Of a DNA stretch of 64,000 bases, positions 48,777 through 61,766 are shown piece after piece. A program made the translations under genes and the position numbers. Origin of the DNA: Dudresnaya verticillata (lineage: Eukaryota); contig OZ374557.1 of the NCBI GenBank assembly GCA_977862235.1, positions 3,534,001-3,598,000 of the forward strand, read 5' to 3'. Position 1 is the first letter of the stretch. The number at the start of each line of letters is the position of its first letter. Under the pieces are notes generated by a model. That model did no database searches, was not told where the DNA came from, and saw only the letters and a list, made by a program, of their open reading frames with translations.

Positions 48777-49110
48777 ACAGCTACAATGCTAACAGTGAGC
48801 TAAATATTGTACACTAATAGTTACACTAGCGATTAAAAATAGGAATGAGCGGTCATACCGCTTCCGCGCTTACGGTGTCACTGTAAGACGACATTCGCGG
48901 AATATCCTTGAAATCATGGCGCGTATTCATCACTCAGCGCGCATAGTGCTCACGTAGTTAATTGTCCAACGGCAAGTAGCCATCTCACTCATGTTTCCCA
49001 CGCCTTAAGGTGTCACGTGTACACGTGGCTCCTTACAGGGCCCCAGCCCTCGTTGTGCCACACGGTCCCCTTCTTGAAACTGATCGACCGCGCTCAGTTG
49101 GGAGTTGTAC

Positions 49111-50802
49111 TGTGGTGCAATCCGTCTTGGACGAGTAGCACCTCCCGGCAGTTCGAGCCCGGGGGTAACGCGCTAGTAGCGAGGGTGCCGTAGAGCGTAG
49201 ATAATGTGGTATAGACGTTGTGCGCAAAACGACTCCGTGGTCTACGTGAAAATAATCGAGAAATACGAATTTCGAAGTGACTCCGTGAATGCGCACGCCA
49301 CGATGGCAAACGTATTACAGTGCGCATACTATGCGCGCGCGACGATGACATTCGCATTACAGCACGCACGCGATACGAAATCGCTGACACCTCCGGACAA
49401 ATTTCGAGCTGACTTCGTGATCGCGCGCGCCACGATGGCATTTGTATTAAAGTGCGCACCCGATACGAAATCGCTGACAACTTCGTGATCTTCCCGTTGT
49501 TTCCCGCGCGTAACGACACCGAGGCCCACGACGCGCGTGCACCTCCGTATGCATTGCTGGCGCACTTCGTAACCGCCACCATACGTGAGACGACCGCTCG
49601 TTGGCACCGAGGCCGTTACGAATCATTGGAGTACGAACCGTCTCCCGCGTTGACGTGTATTCGTGCCCACGTAGTATTACTTAGGCAGTCGTCTGGCACA
49701 ACCTCGGAGGGTTTCCGGTAAGCGACTAGCGCCCGGACCTCGGAGTCTTCGGTAAACGCCTGTTTCTTCGAGTTCGGTGTCTTCGTCCTCGTGACCGCGG
49801 ATACGGTCGAGACTCGCTTTCGATAGCCCCGCGCACCCGGCGTCATCCCCGGTGATCGATCGCTCGAGTTCTCCCTTCCGCGCACGAATACGTTGACACC
49901 GTGGTCCTTCATGTTGGTCGCTCCGCTCTACCACGCTACCACCCCTTTTTCTTTCTCCGTTAGGCTACGAGGCCATTCGTTAGGCTCCGAGGCCATTTTT
50001 TACAGTGCGAGACTTCCCCGCGTCACCGTGGACTTCGTTATACCTAACACGCCGAGGGCGGACTGTAAACGCCCTGGGCGGTAGAAGTGGAACACAGCCA
50101 CAGAAAGGAGAGAGAGAAGGAGAAAGACGCGTCAAGGTCGTAGACGGACGCGGAAGCGCGGGCGGAGCTGCGCAGTTGCCTTCGTTGGTAACGGGGAATA
50201 CGCACTAGCGAAGGGGCTTCAGGTCCGAGGCCGGGTTGCCGGGATTTACTCAACGTCCCAGACGGGTTACCTAATATACTATCGCTATGACGCGGGCTGC
50301 GGCGGCGCGGCGTGGCGCGCGGGAACTTGGACGCGTGTCGCTCCCCGGTGCGTCTGACAAGTCGTCGTCGCCATGCAGCCGCGTGCCCGCGGGTAAAGAA
50401 TAGCTTATAGGCGCGCGCGCGCGTTTGTAGAGGTGATCCGGATTCGGATCCCGATCCCTGCCAGCATTGCTGGCGCGTGGGCGTGCCTTACAGGCGCACG
50501 CCTTACATTGTAGCGGATCCCGATCTGATCCCGATGTCCGATCCAGATTCCATCCGGATCTGGGCCATCACTACAGGTACCCGCCTTACACCTCCCGGAT
50601 CCCGATGGGCGATCCGGATGCGTGTCGCGCGGGCGTACAGTGAGTGAGCCGCCATGCCCGGCGGCGGTTGTGGCGTCCGTACGCCGTTGAGCCGGCCGTC
50701 CGTGACGTGTTCGTGCGCGCCAGCGGCCGTTGCGATGCCCGTCGGTAGACGTCTTATGGCACGCTCCGAGCGGAAAAAGGGGCTCACCCCCCTTGCACCA
50801 CA
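49111..50802 (-). mobile_element. F-like solo LTR (F2) containing nested LTR H
   Basis: TGTGGTGCAA...TTGCACCACA termini, TSD TGTAC; both halves are reverse-complement similar to F1. Confidence 0.85.
49205..50044 (+). mobile_element. Solo LTR, family H, nested in F2
   Basis: Starts TGTGGTATA after GATAA; ends TATACC followed by TAA (terminus/TSD apparently clipped by ~5 bp); internal degenerate repeats at 49290-49490. Confidence 0.65.
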
Positions 50803-50831
50803 TGTACAGCGATGCTGTGTCCAAAGCCGGT

Positions 50832-51659
50832 TGTGGCGCACGGGGTCAGGGCTTTTAGTTCCTCGCCATGGGTGTATCAAGACCGCATCGACCGACTGAT
50901 GGTCGCCTGGAACGGCTCATTCGCCGTTGGCGCGAACACGTCATCGACGATTAGCCTACCAACGCACGGGCGCCATACCCCGCGTCACGCGCTCCCGTTG
51001 CACTTTACGGCACAACGTTGTGGAGCGGATCTGGATGATGCATCGGGATCAACGAGGTGTAAGGCGCTTGACTGTCTGTTTGGAACCCCGATTGAATCCG
51101 GATCCAACATCCGGATTGGGCATTGGGATTTGCTGTAAAGGAGACAGAGGTGCGCCTGTAGTACTGTCGCCAATCGGGATCCGAATCCGGATCGCCTACA
51201 GAACCACGCAACCGTGCTTCTGTAAGACGCGCACGACGGTGTACAGCGGCTGCAACACCCCGGGACGTGTCAGGCGCACCTCCACGCGACACGCGTCCCG
51301 GGTTCCCGCGCACCACGTCATGCAGCCGCCGCACCGCGGCCTCGTAGCATTACTTAAATACCTCGTCTAGGACGCAGCAGTAAAGCCCCGGTAAGCCGGT
51401 TTGGGTCTAGACTTCCCTTCCGCGAACCCTACCGCAGCCCGGAAGCATAAGCGTCTACCCATCCGTGTTTCCACGTTCATACCGTTGCTAACGTGTTTTA
51501 CTTTGGGTTTCCTTGCCCCTTTTCTCTCTCGCCTAGGGTGTTTACAGTCCGCCCTAGGCGTGTTCAACCTGCTCTACCAAGTTCGCTAGCAGCGGCTACC
51601 CACGGGGCTCCCGAACGGCCTGGAGGTGTTTTCCGTCTACAGACGACGCTTGCACGACA
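50832..51659 (+). mobile_element. F-like solo LTR (F3, 828 bp)
   Basis: TGTGGCGCA...TGCACGACA termini, TSD CCGGT. Confidence 0.85.
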
Positions 51660-51893
51660 CCGGTGGTCGTTAAGATTGAAATCTCGGCCGGTTCATTGGC
51701 TCCATAGCCACGCGTGAGAAAACGCCTCCCTTGGACCCTCTCAACGGTGAGGCCAAGTCAGCGCGGCTCGAGCCGTCGGCCGCGGCATGACCGGTATCGA
51801 TTTGCGCGAAACGCCAGACGGCTTGTGCCAATTTCAACACCGGCGCGCAGCCGTCTCTGCTCTCACTGTGCCCAGCACACTCACAACCCCCTC

Positions 51894-52799
51894 TGCAGTC
51901 CCAGGGGTGGGTCCCTCTTTTCGTTGTCAGCGGGTTGATAAGTACGCGTCTACCGACGGCCAACCGCCCACAGCGCGCTCAACCCGCCCGCGGCGCAAAC
52001 ACGTCACCGACACATGCCCCTGGCCACCCGGGCCAGAACGGCTCATTTGGCGTACAGACCGCGCGCCCGACGCCGCAGCACTGTACGGCGCCACGCGTGC
52101 GCGCATGGCACAGTGGCGGGAACGTCCGCTGTAAGCGTGGCCCGGGATCCCGTATCGAGATCAAACATCGGGATCAAAAAGTGTAAGGCACGCGCCTGTA
52201 AGCCTGGCGCATCCACATGGCTGGCCCTAATCCGGATTGGATCGGGATTAGTACGAATCAAGATCGCACGCTCTACAGGACGCGTGCGGCTGTAAGGAGA
52301 TACATCCACGTGTACGTGTAAGCACTCACGTGGCGAACTACGCGTGATCTGTCAGACGCGCGGCTGCATGACGGACGAAACTTGTCAGACGCGCCTCGGG
52401 ACAACACATGTCCCGAGTTCCGCGCGACGCGCGCGCACGTACCGCCGCCGCTAGGTAGTTCTATACTTCGTTGATCCGTCCCAGACGTTTAGATAAACTC
52501 CCGGCAAGCCGGCATTGGTTCAGACTACCCTTCTCGCGCTACGCGTACCTACCCGCTAGCCTTGAGGCCCAAGCGTCTGACCTACCGCGCTTCCGCGTCC
52601 GCACTGCGTCCAAGACGTGTTCCTTTCTACCCTCCTTTTCCTTTTTCTTCCCTTGTTTTCCTTTTACCGCCCAGGGCGTTTACAGTCCGCCCTCGGCGAG
52701 TTCCCTGTGCTCTACCACACCTACCCGCTTCAAGCGGGTACCCACCGGACTCCGAACGGTCCGGAGCTGCAGTCCGTCAACAGACGCGTTTGTACCACA
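51894..52799 (+). mobile_element. F-like solo LTR (F4, 906 bp)
   Basis: Degenerate TG start, ...TGTACCACA end, TSD CCCTC; shares the TACAGTCCGCCC block with F1-F3. Confidence 0.8.
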
Positions 52800-53265
52800 C
52801 CCTCCGCCGACGACATCTCTTGTCCAACCTCTCGGCCTGTTCCCTCTATCGGTGGCGTGTCTGGCGACGTCATCAGCCGCAGCTCACAGCCGTGGTCAGG
52901 TGCGCCATAGGCGTCGACACCCTGCCCAGGTTGCACGCGTCTCAGCGTTCGCCGGCTCCCAGCCGTTTTGTCAGGTCGCGCTCGTCAGCCTCTTGGCTTG
53001 GCTTCGGAGCCGACGGCCAGGCTCAAGAACAGCCTCCGCGCCGGAGAAGGTTTCTCAGGTCGCGCTCGCCAGTCTCTGGACTTGGCTTTGGAGCCGACAT
53101 TCAGGGAGAAGAACGACTTTGGTCGCAGAAGTAACCAGGTCGCGCGCACTACCCCGCCCGGACAGTTCTGGAGTCGACGCTAATCAAGAGAGAGGTCTCC
53201 GAACCTCAGGAGATCTGAGTCAAGAACGGCGTGTGAGTCGTTGGGTACTAGGGAGTCACATCGAG

Positions 53266-54072
53266 ATGGCTCCGCCACACCTGGCATACGGAACGGCAGG
53301 CTCTAGTGGCAATTTCTTAGGACATGAGGTAGATGCGGCTGGAGTGCCGTTGGTGATCTCCCACAGCCGCGACTGGCTCTTGCGTACCGATCTAACACAT
53401 CTAAAGACGCGGGCGGGAGGTAGTCGCGAGGATATTCGCCGCATCGGAGGAAGGACGGCTCAGAGGTGTGTGTGGACCCGCCTCATGCGCACTCGGGTTG
53501 GCATTCTGACTGGTACCAACCGGTTCCCCCGGCTCCTTGATGGCGATGCCGATACTCTGTAATGGGATCTTGCCCATGTGCGCTTTAGGCATGAGATTGC
53601 GTAGAGCAATAACTTGACGCAGAAGTTAAATTCCCAAGCCGAGCTGCTGCATAAGATCCATCAGAGTGGAGATTGGGACCTTCGCATTATAATGCATGAA
53701 CGCCCGCTCATACGTAAGGGTCGGGATAACTTCCCTTATACCATGGCCCGCGTAGTGCGGTCGGACGAGTCGTCGAATCTCAAGTATGCGCTTGACAACC
53801 CACAGACGGTGATGCGGTTGGAATACTCCCGCTTCAAGCGGAAGAATCTTCATAACACTGGTTGTCTCGTTCCTTGTCATTGCCAGAAGGTGACGGCTAT
53901 TAAGCCGGGGTAATATAACGAGAAGTACCCCCAGATTCCGGACGACCACACGAATCTCGAGGTCCCGTACTCGATGCCCGTTGGAACTCCGACTATCGTC
54001 GCCTACCTTGGTCTAGAAATGATGGCTAAGGCCATGGATGACATTGTACTTTGGAGTATCTTCCACCATGAA
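53266..54072 (+). pseudogene. Antisense accessory ORF of E1 (three stops, truncated)
   Basis: MAPPHLAYGTAGSSGNFLGHEVDAAGVP...VLWSIFHHE aligns to the N-terminal part of the B1 ORF 30714-32969. Confidence 0.9.
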
Positions 54073-55550
54073 ACACTGGTTTCCCGCGTTGCAGAATGTA
54101 CTTTCAAAAACAGACTGAAATAAAACGCTTCAAACGTACATGCGTTGGAACGGGGAGCGTCCCCTGAGCACGCTGGTGCAAACGGAGTAGAGAACTAAGT
54201 AGTTCGCGAGTTATGTTGGTTGGCGTGCTAACCCGTCAGTGAGTCTGCAATAATCAATTTTGGTGTAATTTATGAGATTCTTTAATTCGGATTTTGAGGT
54301 AACCTAGGCTATTTCCATGGGCCCCTCACCGCGCAGTATACGCTGCCCCAACAGGGCAGAACTACTCGTCAGTTCAATGCCGCTCCCCCCATGACATGCA
54401 GAGTACTGCCGCACTGTCATGAATTCCCTTCCCGGACTCACTCCGGTGCAACTTCGGGCATTCGTCAACCGCCAACTGCACGCTACCTCTCTACTGCCAT
54501 GCAATCTCTTCTCTTCCCTAGGCTTCAGGACTTGCTCTTCGCAGTCGCACTCGCTCGCTACACTCTCCCTCCTCACCGACACATCGGTTCGTTGTCCTCC
54601 GCGACAACCAAAAACCCCACCGAAGTACTGTAGTCCTTGTTTCACCAACGTTGCAGCATGTGCTGCACAGTGCGACGTCATTCGTGTAGCGCTCTTCCCA
54701 GTGTATACCGTCCTCTCCGTCGACCTACTCCATGTGGTTTGGACTGGGCTCCGGTACTGAATTTTGTCCCACATTGCCGTGAATTCGCCGAGGTCATAAG
54801 TTAGACCTCGTTCCCCGCTCCGGACACCCCGTACTTCACCTGTGCAGTTCCTATACATGTAGCGAGCTGCAGCTCGCCAGAAACCCCGGTCAAAACCACA
54901 AACGGCCATTTCTAGCCGTCCACTTGAACCAAATTCGAAAGTGCACTCGAAACTGTCTCCCGTAGTATTCCACACCACGATTCCTTACTTGCGCCCGTTC
55001 CCCTCTTCAAGCGCCTCAGCATGATAAACTTACACAACAGCTCCTGTGCTCACTTTATCTGTAACTAACACTCCGCAACTACATTTACTCTAAACCTCAG
55101 TCCGCTTCAGACTCCGGGTCTTCTTCATCGACCTCCACCGCCCACCACCCTAAGAAAACAGTAGTATTCCCTCCAGCACCACCTTCACCGCCTCCCCAAC
55201 TGCGACAGCATCCGCAATCATGACCCGTGCCCTCCCCACCAGGTCCAGACGAAGCCATATGGTGTCACTGGTATGACGCCTGGCGCGCGCCCGAGCTTCT
55301 CCTAGCTCGGCGCGCAGTCTCCGCACCTCCAGCACCAGCGTTTCCGGTGCTTCATCGAGACTCTCCATCTAAGTCGTCTCCACCAACCCTCAAACCGACA
55401 CTGTACCACTCCCTTCTATAGACGGAACCGGGCACCATTCTGAAGTTTAGTTGACCACGTTTACACCAACTCAGCACATCTTTTCCCTATTGCGACACCG
55501 CTGCAACGTCGGGAATCGTTAGCATGCAAGCCGTTCTTGGTCCATAGTTG

Positions 55551-56219
55551 TTATTCTTTTTGCGAACATGGCGAATTCCAATCAATGAGAGTACCTGATG
55601 GAGGAATGATCACAATGTTCATCCTAAAGATTCTGCGTTTTTCTTCATGGACTTTGCGAACTGCTGTCTCATACTGTCGACGTTCTCGTGCTGACATCTT
55701 ATCCATGCGTATAAGCAGAGGGTTGGGAGTCATCTCACGCAGCTTCTGCATTCCTCTCTCCCTTGCATCCCTGAGGAAGTTACTCAATGCGAAATCTTGC
55801 TTGCGCCCTGCCACATTGTATTGTCCTTCTTTCCCTATTACATCCGTCATGAAACACTCGAAGACCGACCTGTCAAAGAGCTTGATGCCCAGAGTTTCTA
55901 GACCAATTATTTCCTTCCCTGCGCTGCTGAACTATATCAATGTACTCTCCAATCTTTCCACTCCGAACCGTTTCACGATGTCCTTCGCATACTCCCGGTC
56001 CTTGCACAAGTCGGCTATATTCAGGGACTCCATTTTCTGCCCCACTTCCACCATATCAAATGTTACGTCCTGCAGCTCTATCAGACATTGACCGTGTACA
56101 GCCGGATTTCTGTGCCCCATTCTGTTCTTTTCGGTAGTGCCATCCATGTGCCATACACGATTCAAGTGGAATGGCATGCATTCCTGAGTAACTGAGCGTG
56201 AGCCACTTCCGAGACTCAA
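55551..56219 (-). pseudogene. Degraded unknown protein gene
   Basis: ORFs 55932-56219 and 55551-55850 are the same frame separated by one stop; protein-like composition; family not recognised. Confidence 0.4.
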
Positions 56220-56760
56220 TGAGGGGTGCTTCCTGTTCCAGTAGTCATCTCAACATCACGGTGGCGGGCTGCGGCCTTCATCATTGCTTCGTGTCGTAAA
56301 CGGTCATGAGAGATGTCTTACAGGATATACTGTTCCCGCTTCTCTCTACAAAGTATATGGGAGAGAGACAGAACTCATCATATGAACCTGGGATTCGGAT
56401 TGCTCACGTATTGCTTGGCAGTCGTATTAGCACACGTAGTTGTCCTACCCAAATTTGATTGACGAGAATAAGAATCCCCCGTTCACCACGGCTTCGGTTG
56501 CACTCAAACTGTAGGGTCGTCCCCAGGGCAGTTACATGACGTAAAGACACGTATCTTTATTCCGTCGTTGAGAGAAAGCACACAGGATCTCCATGCGATA
56601 AATAGTGTGATGCCGGTCTCCAAGGCATAGGCTATAGCGGTAGCCTGTGCGGTCAACGCGGGAAACCTCACTTGCCACCTTGAACGCCCCTTACGGGGTT
56701 TGACTAAGTTCTTGAATTCGCTCTAAAGTCCTTCACGGCCATCTAGGTAATCACCTTCAT

Positions 56761-59436
56761 ATTCGGAATGGTGGTGGGAAACGAAAGTCGAGAGGTGCTG
56801 GACCTAAACAGATTCCTCGATCGACACAGACCGCAAAAGCTCTATTCGTCGACTTAATAGATCGTTCCGTCAACAAAAGAGTAGACCCCGCTTCCTGTAT
56901 TCCATTGACGGCCATTCGTCCTATTGTGAGGTCTGGAGTGGAGCGTTTGAAAGCGCGCTTTGATGTGTCTCGCAAGGCCCTCCACGATCCTCGAGCTAGT
57001 GCAACGGGATATGTTGCTGGCTCTGACGCTCCCATTGTAATTGAAATGTCTGTCTCCTTTCGATCTTTGGTAATTGAGCACTTCCAACAAAAATTGAAGG
57101 AAGACGGAACGTGATACTCGCAAAAAGAATCCGTGGAAATTTCAAACAATCGAGCGAAATGGTATGGAGTAGTGGACGGGATACAAAGACTTATAGCTAT
57201 CACAGAACTCCGAGAGGAGGATTACGAGACGTGAAAAGCTTTCTCATGGCCTGGTACTGTTCTTAGAGGGAGCCATGAATTGCAGTCACTTCGACAAGTA
57301 GCTCGTCACCAGAATGACAAGCACGATTCTTCATTCCACATCGAGACTACTTTCTTCGATACTCTTCGAGGCCTGAGAGAGGAGGCAGATCTTCTCACAG
57401 CGGGGAATGGCGGAAAACTTCCGAATGCCACGAGGATTGCGGAAGCCTATGACGGATGCAACCATTTCAGGGACGATACTGTTAAACAGACTGCCCAGAC
57501 TGTCCTTAGACTTGACCGCGCAGTGATTGACACAATCGGAGCCATTATAAACGAGGAGAGGGATGATTTGGTGTCGATTCGAACTACAACTGTGGATCAC
57601 AAGGACATCAATAAGAGTGTGAACTGTCGAATGTACCGCAAGTTCATCAATATAACATCTCCCAAGTCCGCGACAGTGTTCATGAACGCGTCGTAAGCAC
57701 CGGATGGTGTACAAGCACAGATTGCGACTTTATACCGTTTGAGAGAATTGCACCGTTTACACAACTTCAAACCGCTGTCTTACCGGTACACCGTGGAACA
57801 GTTTCAGGAGGCCACCGCCGCTCTTCACGAGGATCGTAAGTTTGAAGCTCTCCGGGAAAGTCACGAGTGGCCAGAGTCCATGCAGGTGCTTCACTCGAAC
57901 CTTCTCAATACACAGAAGATGGATGACGAGGTTGCGGAGAATATAGAAAATGACAAGGACATTGTGGCATCTACACTGTAATTGTACAGGGATGTCTGTC
58001 CCCAGGAAGCTGCTGTTAAGAAGAAGAAGCATGCCGACCTGCTCAAGAGTATTGGCGGAAGAAAGACAACACATAGTTCTGGACAGTGTCCAGATAATGC
58101 TTCTCTGGAAGGGCCGCACTTGCCCTGTGATAGTGCCGAGCGCAATGATTGCGGAGAATCCACTCCTTCACCAAAACCTGGGGCACCTGTTGATAAACAG
58201 AATTGCAAGTCTGTCCCCGCGGGATGTGTTGACAGTACTACTGGTTCCGGAACAAACCCTTCAGGACAGCAGGGAAACGAGCAGGGATCACCAAATGAGG
58301 ATGGCAACTGTGGCACAACACATGAACACGAGAAAGGGACCGCCAATAGCCATACTGGAGACACCGGGGAGGACACGAATGACCATCTGGAAGGGAATCA
58401 AAAACATACACGATCGTTCGCGTATACCATTCAGTCTGAAAAGCTCGAAACATCTGGTAGTGAAGAAGTCGATGCACTGAATTCAATGAGGATCAGTTGT
58501 CGCCACATGAGGTGGCAGACGTATGACCAGTCCGTACGAAACGATTCGAGCCCACTGCTCGGCCTCGTACTGACGGACCCTCCGGACGGAATACCGCCTA
58601 GTCGTTCGAATGCTGGTACATCTTACGACAATTATATCAGCGATGGGAAGATTAAGCAATTCATCGAATTCTGTCGAAGGGTCGTTAAACCTGGTCACTG
58701 GGTTTTCATCTTCTGCAGTTTCATTAACTTTGCAAGGTATCAACGTGCTCTGGTTGATGCTGGGTTCGACTGCCCGGAATATCCCTTCACCGTTTGCAAA
58801 GATGCCAGGACATTGCAGGGACATCGTAATGACTACCCACAGAATGCTACGGCGTTTGGTCGCCGACGGGGAACGTGTGGGGAAAATTCAAGCCTGACCT
58901 CTCCAGTCCACTTCACTTCTTGGGAAGCAAAGATCGGCGAAAGTTCGCAACCTTCTCAAGAGTTCCAGTATCGAGACAAAAGCTGCTGAAGCCAGGGACC
59001 AAATCCCCTGTTCTGGTAGAGGAGAAGAACGTTTTGGCTCTAAAGGAGGTCATGACAACTTTTTGTTCCGATGGTGGACGCGTTTTGGATGCCTACGGAT
59101 GTACCATGACCACCTGCATTGCAGGTTTGAGAACAGGGCGTCCAACTGTGGGCATCGAGCAGAACCCTGCAAAGTTCAGACTGGCATATGACCGTTTGAA
59201 GAAAATCGCAGTCGATGTGTGTAGTGAAAAGCAGCGCTCTTCCACACTCACTGTCGTCAAACGGCAACACCGCTAAACGACTACCGATACTGATTCCGCT
59301 GGGAAGAGGCGGAAAGTAGTACAGAATGAGGAGAATGTGATAACGTCAACTGTAACAGACCAGCAACCCGCCAAACAGAAACGAACTAGTCCGGAAGGCT
59401 CAGAATCTGATCCTGTGCGGGTGCTTCGAAGGTAGT
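56761..59436 (+). pseudogene. ParB-like domain fused to beta-class N6-adenine/N4-cytosine DNA methyltransferase
   Basis: One frame with isolated stops (57112, 57232, 57694, 57979): WYGVVDGIQRLIAI (ParB/Srx-like DG..R), then LVLTDPP(D). After a frameshift near 58860: EKN..L......S.GGRVLDAYGCTMTTCIAGLRTGRPTVGIE...A.DRL. Confidence 0.75.
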
Positions 59437-59919
59437 CCTGCTTCAAGACGTAGATAAGGTCGGAACAGCATCTGTGCAACGAAGTGCTGAGAGTTCCAAA
59501 ATAACTGAGACTCTTCACGGAGTGTCGTTGTCGAAAATTGCGAGGGAAGGAGACCAGCTCGTCTCTCTTTAAGGATTCAGCGCATTACCTGGAAGTGAGT
59601 CCCGGAAGTATCCGTATAGTTTCACAGGCCAAGAGGAAGCACCGGAGACGCTGAGTGGGCTGGTGGGGTTCTTTGCATGGGATTTGCACAAGTTGGAATC
59701 GTCGTAGTACGATATTACCGTCAGAGTAACTTCCGAGATGCATATTGGGTATACTCGCCTGGCACGAGATTTTCAGAATCCTCCGTCTACAGCATTTATT
59801 CCAGATCAAGTGCGGCTTTGCTGCAATGGCCTTGCAATGTCTGGAACATGGACAAAGACATACCCCATGAACTCCTCACATGTACATCGCGACCGAATTC
59901 TGAGTCTTGACCCACGACA

Positions 59920-60183
59920 ATGTTTCGTGAAGTTCAGACTCTTCGGGCTGAGGTGCTTGAGATGAGGTCGTTCATTGATGACGCACGACTGCGCCTGGAT
60001 GCCATATATAGCGATGTTTTCAACCGCGTGGAAAAGGTGGTTGTACAGGTGATGAGATTTGCCAGGCAGGCTCGGGACAGACTACGTTCAATTGAAGAAA
60101 GGTTGGGAATTGAACACAGAGAAGAGGTGGACATCGAGTTGGATTCAGATCCAGAATCACATTTGCCTTCCCCTCCAGTTTGA
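59920..60183 (+). CDS. Small coiled-coil protein (87 aa)
   Basis: ATG start, heptad-like pattern, acidic/Pro tail. Confidence 0.5.
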   Translation: MFREVQTLRAEVLEMRSFIDDARLRLDAIYSDVFNRVEKVVVQVMRFARQARDRLRSIEERLGIEHREEVDIELDSDPESHLPSPPV

Positions 60184-60241
60184 TCGCCATTGTACTGCAT
60201 ACCGACGGGCCTAGTGAGAAGGGGCTAGAAGAAAAATCAGA

Positions 60242-60577
60242 ATGACGCGTCAAACACTCCAGGAGCTGAGAGGTGAGATTGACGACCTCCGTCTGCAGGT
60301 TCGACAACTGCAGACGAGAGCAAACTATCTCGATGAGCAACTTAGGGCCGTGGCACAAGCCGTGAGAGAGATTGTGTGTGGTGAAGGCAGGCGAGCTGTG
60401 AACGCGCTGAGGAGCATTAGGGGGAGATTCCGTGCCCTATACAGGGCGATTACCAGAATGTATGGTCCAGCACAGAACGAACAGAACCCCGGTTCGGATG
60501 GAGGGGGGATACCGGAAATGTGTAGCAGTCGGGAATCTTTAGAGTGGTTCTGTGCCTCGCCAGAAACTGAAATGTAA
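60242..60577 (+). CDS. Small coiled-coil protein (111 aa)
   Basis: ATG start; LQELRGEIDDLRLQVRQLQTRANYL heptads; tandem with the previous ORF. Confidence 0.5.
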   Translation: MTRQTLQELRGEIDDLRLQVRQLQTRANYLDEQLRAVAQAVREIVCGEGRRAVNALRSIRGRFRALYRAITRMYGPAQNEQNPGSDGGGIPEMCSSRESLEWFCASPETEM

Positions 60578-60902
60578 ACTGCGTTGTGTTGCATCTTTCC
60601 ATCTCTTCTCACACTCGAACAACACGACACGCGCCCGTATCCGTGCTTGACGGTAATGCCGCGGAGGACGACTCCCTGCGCTGTGCGCTGTGCGCAGGAC
60701 ATTTGGCCATGCGAGAGCGTTTCTGCGTCACATGGGCACCGGGTCTCAACCCGGCGCGGGGTCAGCAATGATAGCCTAGGCGTGAACAGGAAGAACTGGC
60801 GGCAGTGTGGATGGTGCGTGGCATGCTGCGCGAGGTGCACGCACAAATCTGGCGACGAGCGCCGGCAGGCAGCGAACTGTGTACGACCGAGCCCCGGGAG
60901 CC

Positions 60903-61211
60903 CCGGATAGGTTTTCACAGCACGACCTTGCAGAAACCTAAAAACTAATATCAATATTGACGAATAGGTTTTCACGGCGCGCGAGATCGAATATCTGTTT
61001 AATAGGTATTTCTACACTGAATCTGGAAATACCTAGATAGTTACTTTCCAAATCACTTTCACAAAACCTATTGCAATAGGTTTTGCTGTCGGTGCGTCAG
61101 AAATACCTTTATAGTTATTTGTAAGCACGCAACCAGAATACCTATTAGAAAGGCTTTTGCGTCGCCGGGTCGAGAAAACCTAAAAAGTAATATCGATATT
61201 ACCGGATAGGT
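60903..61211. repeat. AT-rich array of ATAGGT(T/A)TT / AA(A/T)ACCTA motifs in both orientations
   Basis: About 10 copies, including the palindrome CAAAACCTATTGCAATAGGTTTTG and two copies of GAAACCTAAAAA.TAATATC.ATATT. Confidence 0.75.
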
Positions 61212-61766
61212 CCTGGCGGTTCGCATTCGCAGAAAGCTATCCGGCCATCTCGGAACCTCACCCTCCCATCGCTGCAGCCACGCGACCTCGCGGTCGGTAT
61301 GACACACATCAGCAGAGCTGCTGCTGCATCCCTGCCCAAAACGCCCCCCGCGCATGACACCCACACCCCCAGCTGCCTGTACCGCGCTGATCATGCTGCA
61401 GTCGCAGCGCCGCGTCAACGTCCGCCAGTTGCGGTCGAGGTCTGCCGCGTCTGCAACCGCGCTGAACGCGCGTGATCGCGCACAGGAGCGCAATACGCCC
61501 CCACCGTTGCCGTGCACCACGCCGTTTGTACGGGGTGTCGCCGGTGCTGCATGCCCTCGCTCCGGACTTGCTCAGGAACTTGAACTCGTCCTCATCCGCC
61601 CTCTCCTCATCATCTAGAGCGCTGTTCGTTAACAACCTCAATATGGCAGGTAGTCGCAGATTGTCACCTTTCTACAGCACGACCTTCACCGTGTTTACAG
61701 CTTTCGACATGATTCAAGCAATCCCGCGACTGCACTAGTGGAGCAGAGGTCACGGACAGCTACATT

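Larger units (their letters stand above)
48777..54072 (-). mobile_element. Truncated family E Gypsy element (E1): partial 3' LTR 48777-49062, PPT, 3' region, part of the antisense ORF
   Basis: The LTR half matches 37190-37470; CCCCTTCTT PPT complement at 49067-49075; adjacent hairpin as in B1; B-like accessory ORF. Confidence 0.85.

Noticed and set aside
49111..50802. Novel head-to-head composite of two LTR 5' ends
   Set aside because: The left end matches the reverse complement of the F1 3' end, so it is one minus-strand F-like LTR with H nested inside.
54304..54978. 224-aa minus-strand ORF
   Set aside because: Possibly a decayed gene, but no motif recognised and no clear start.
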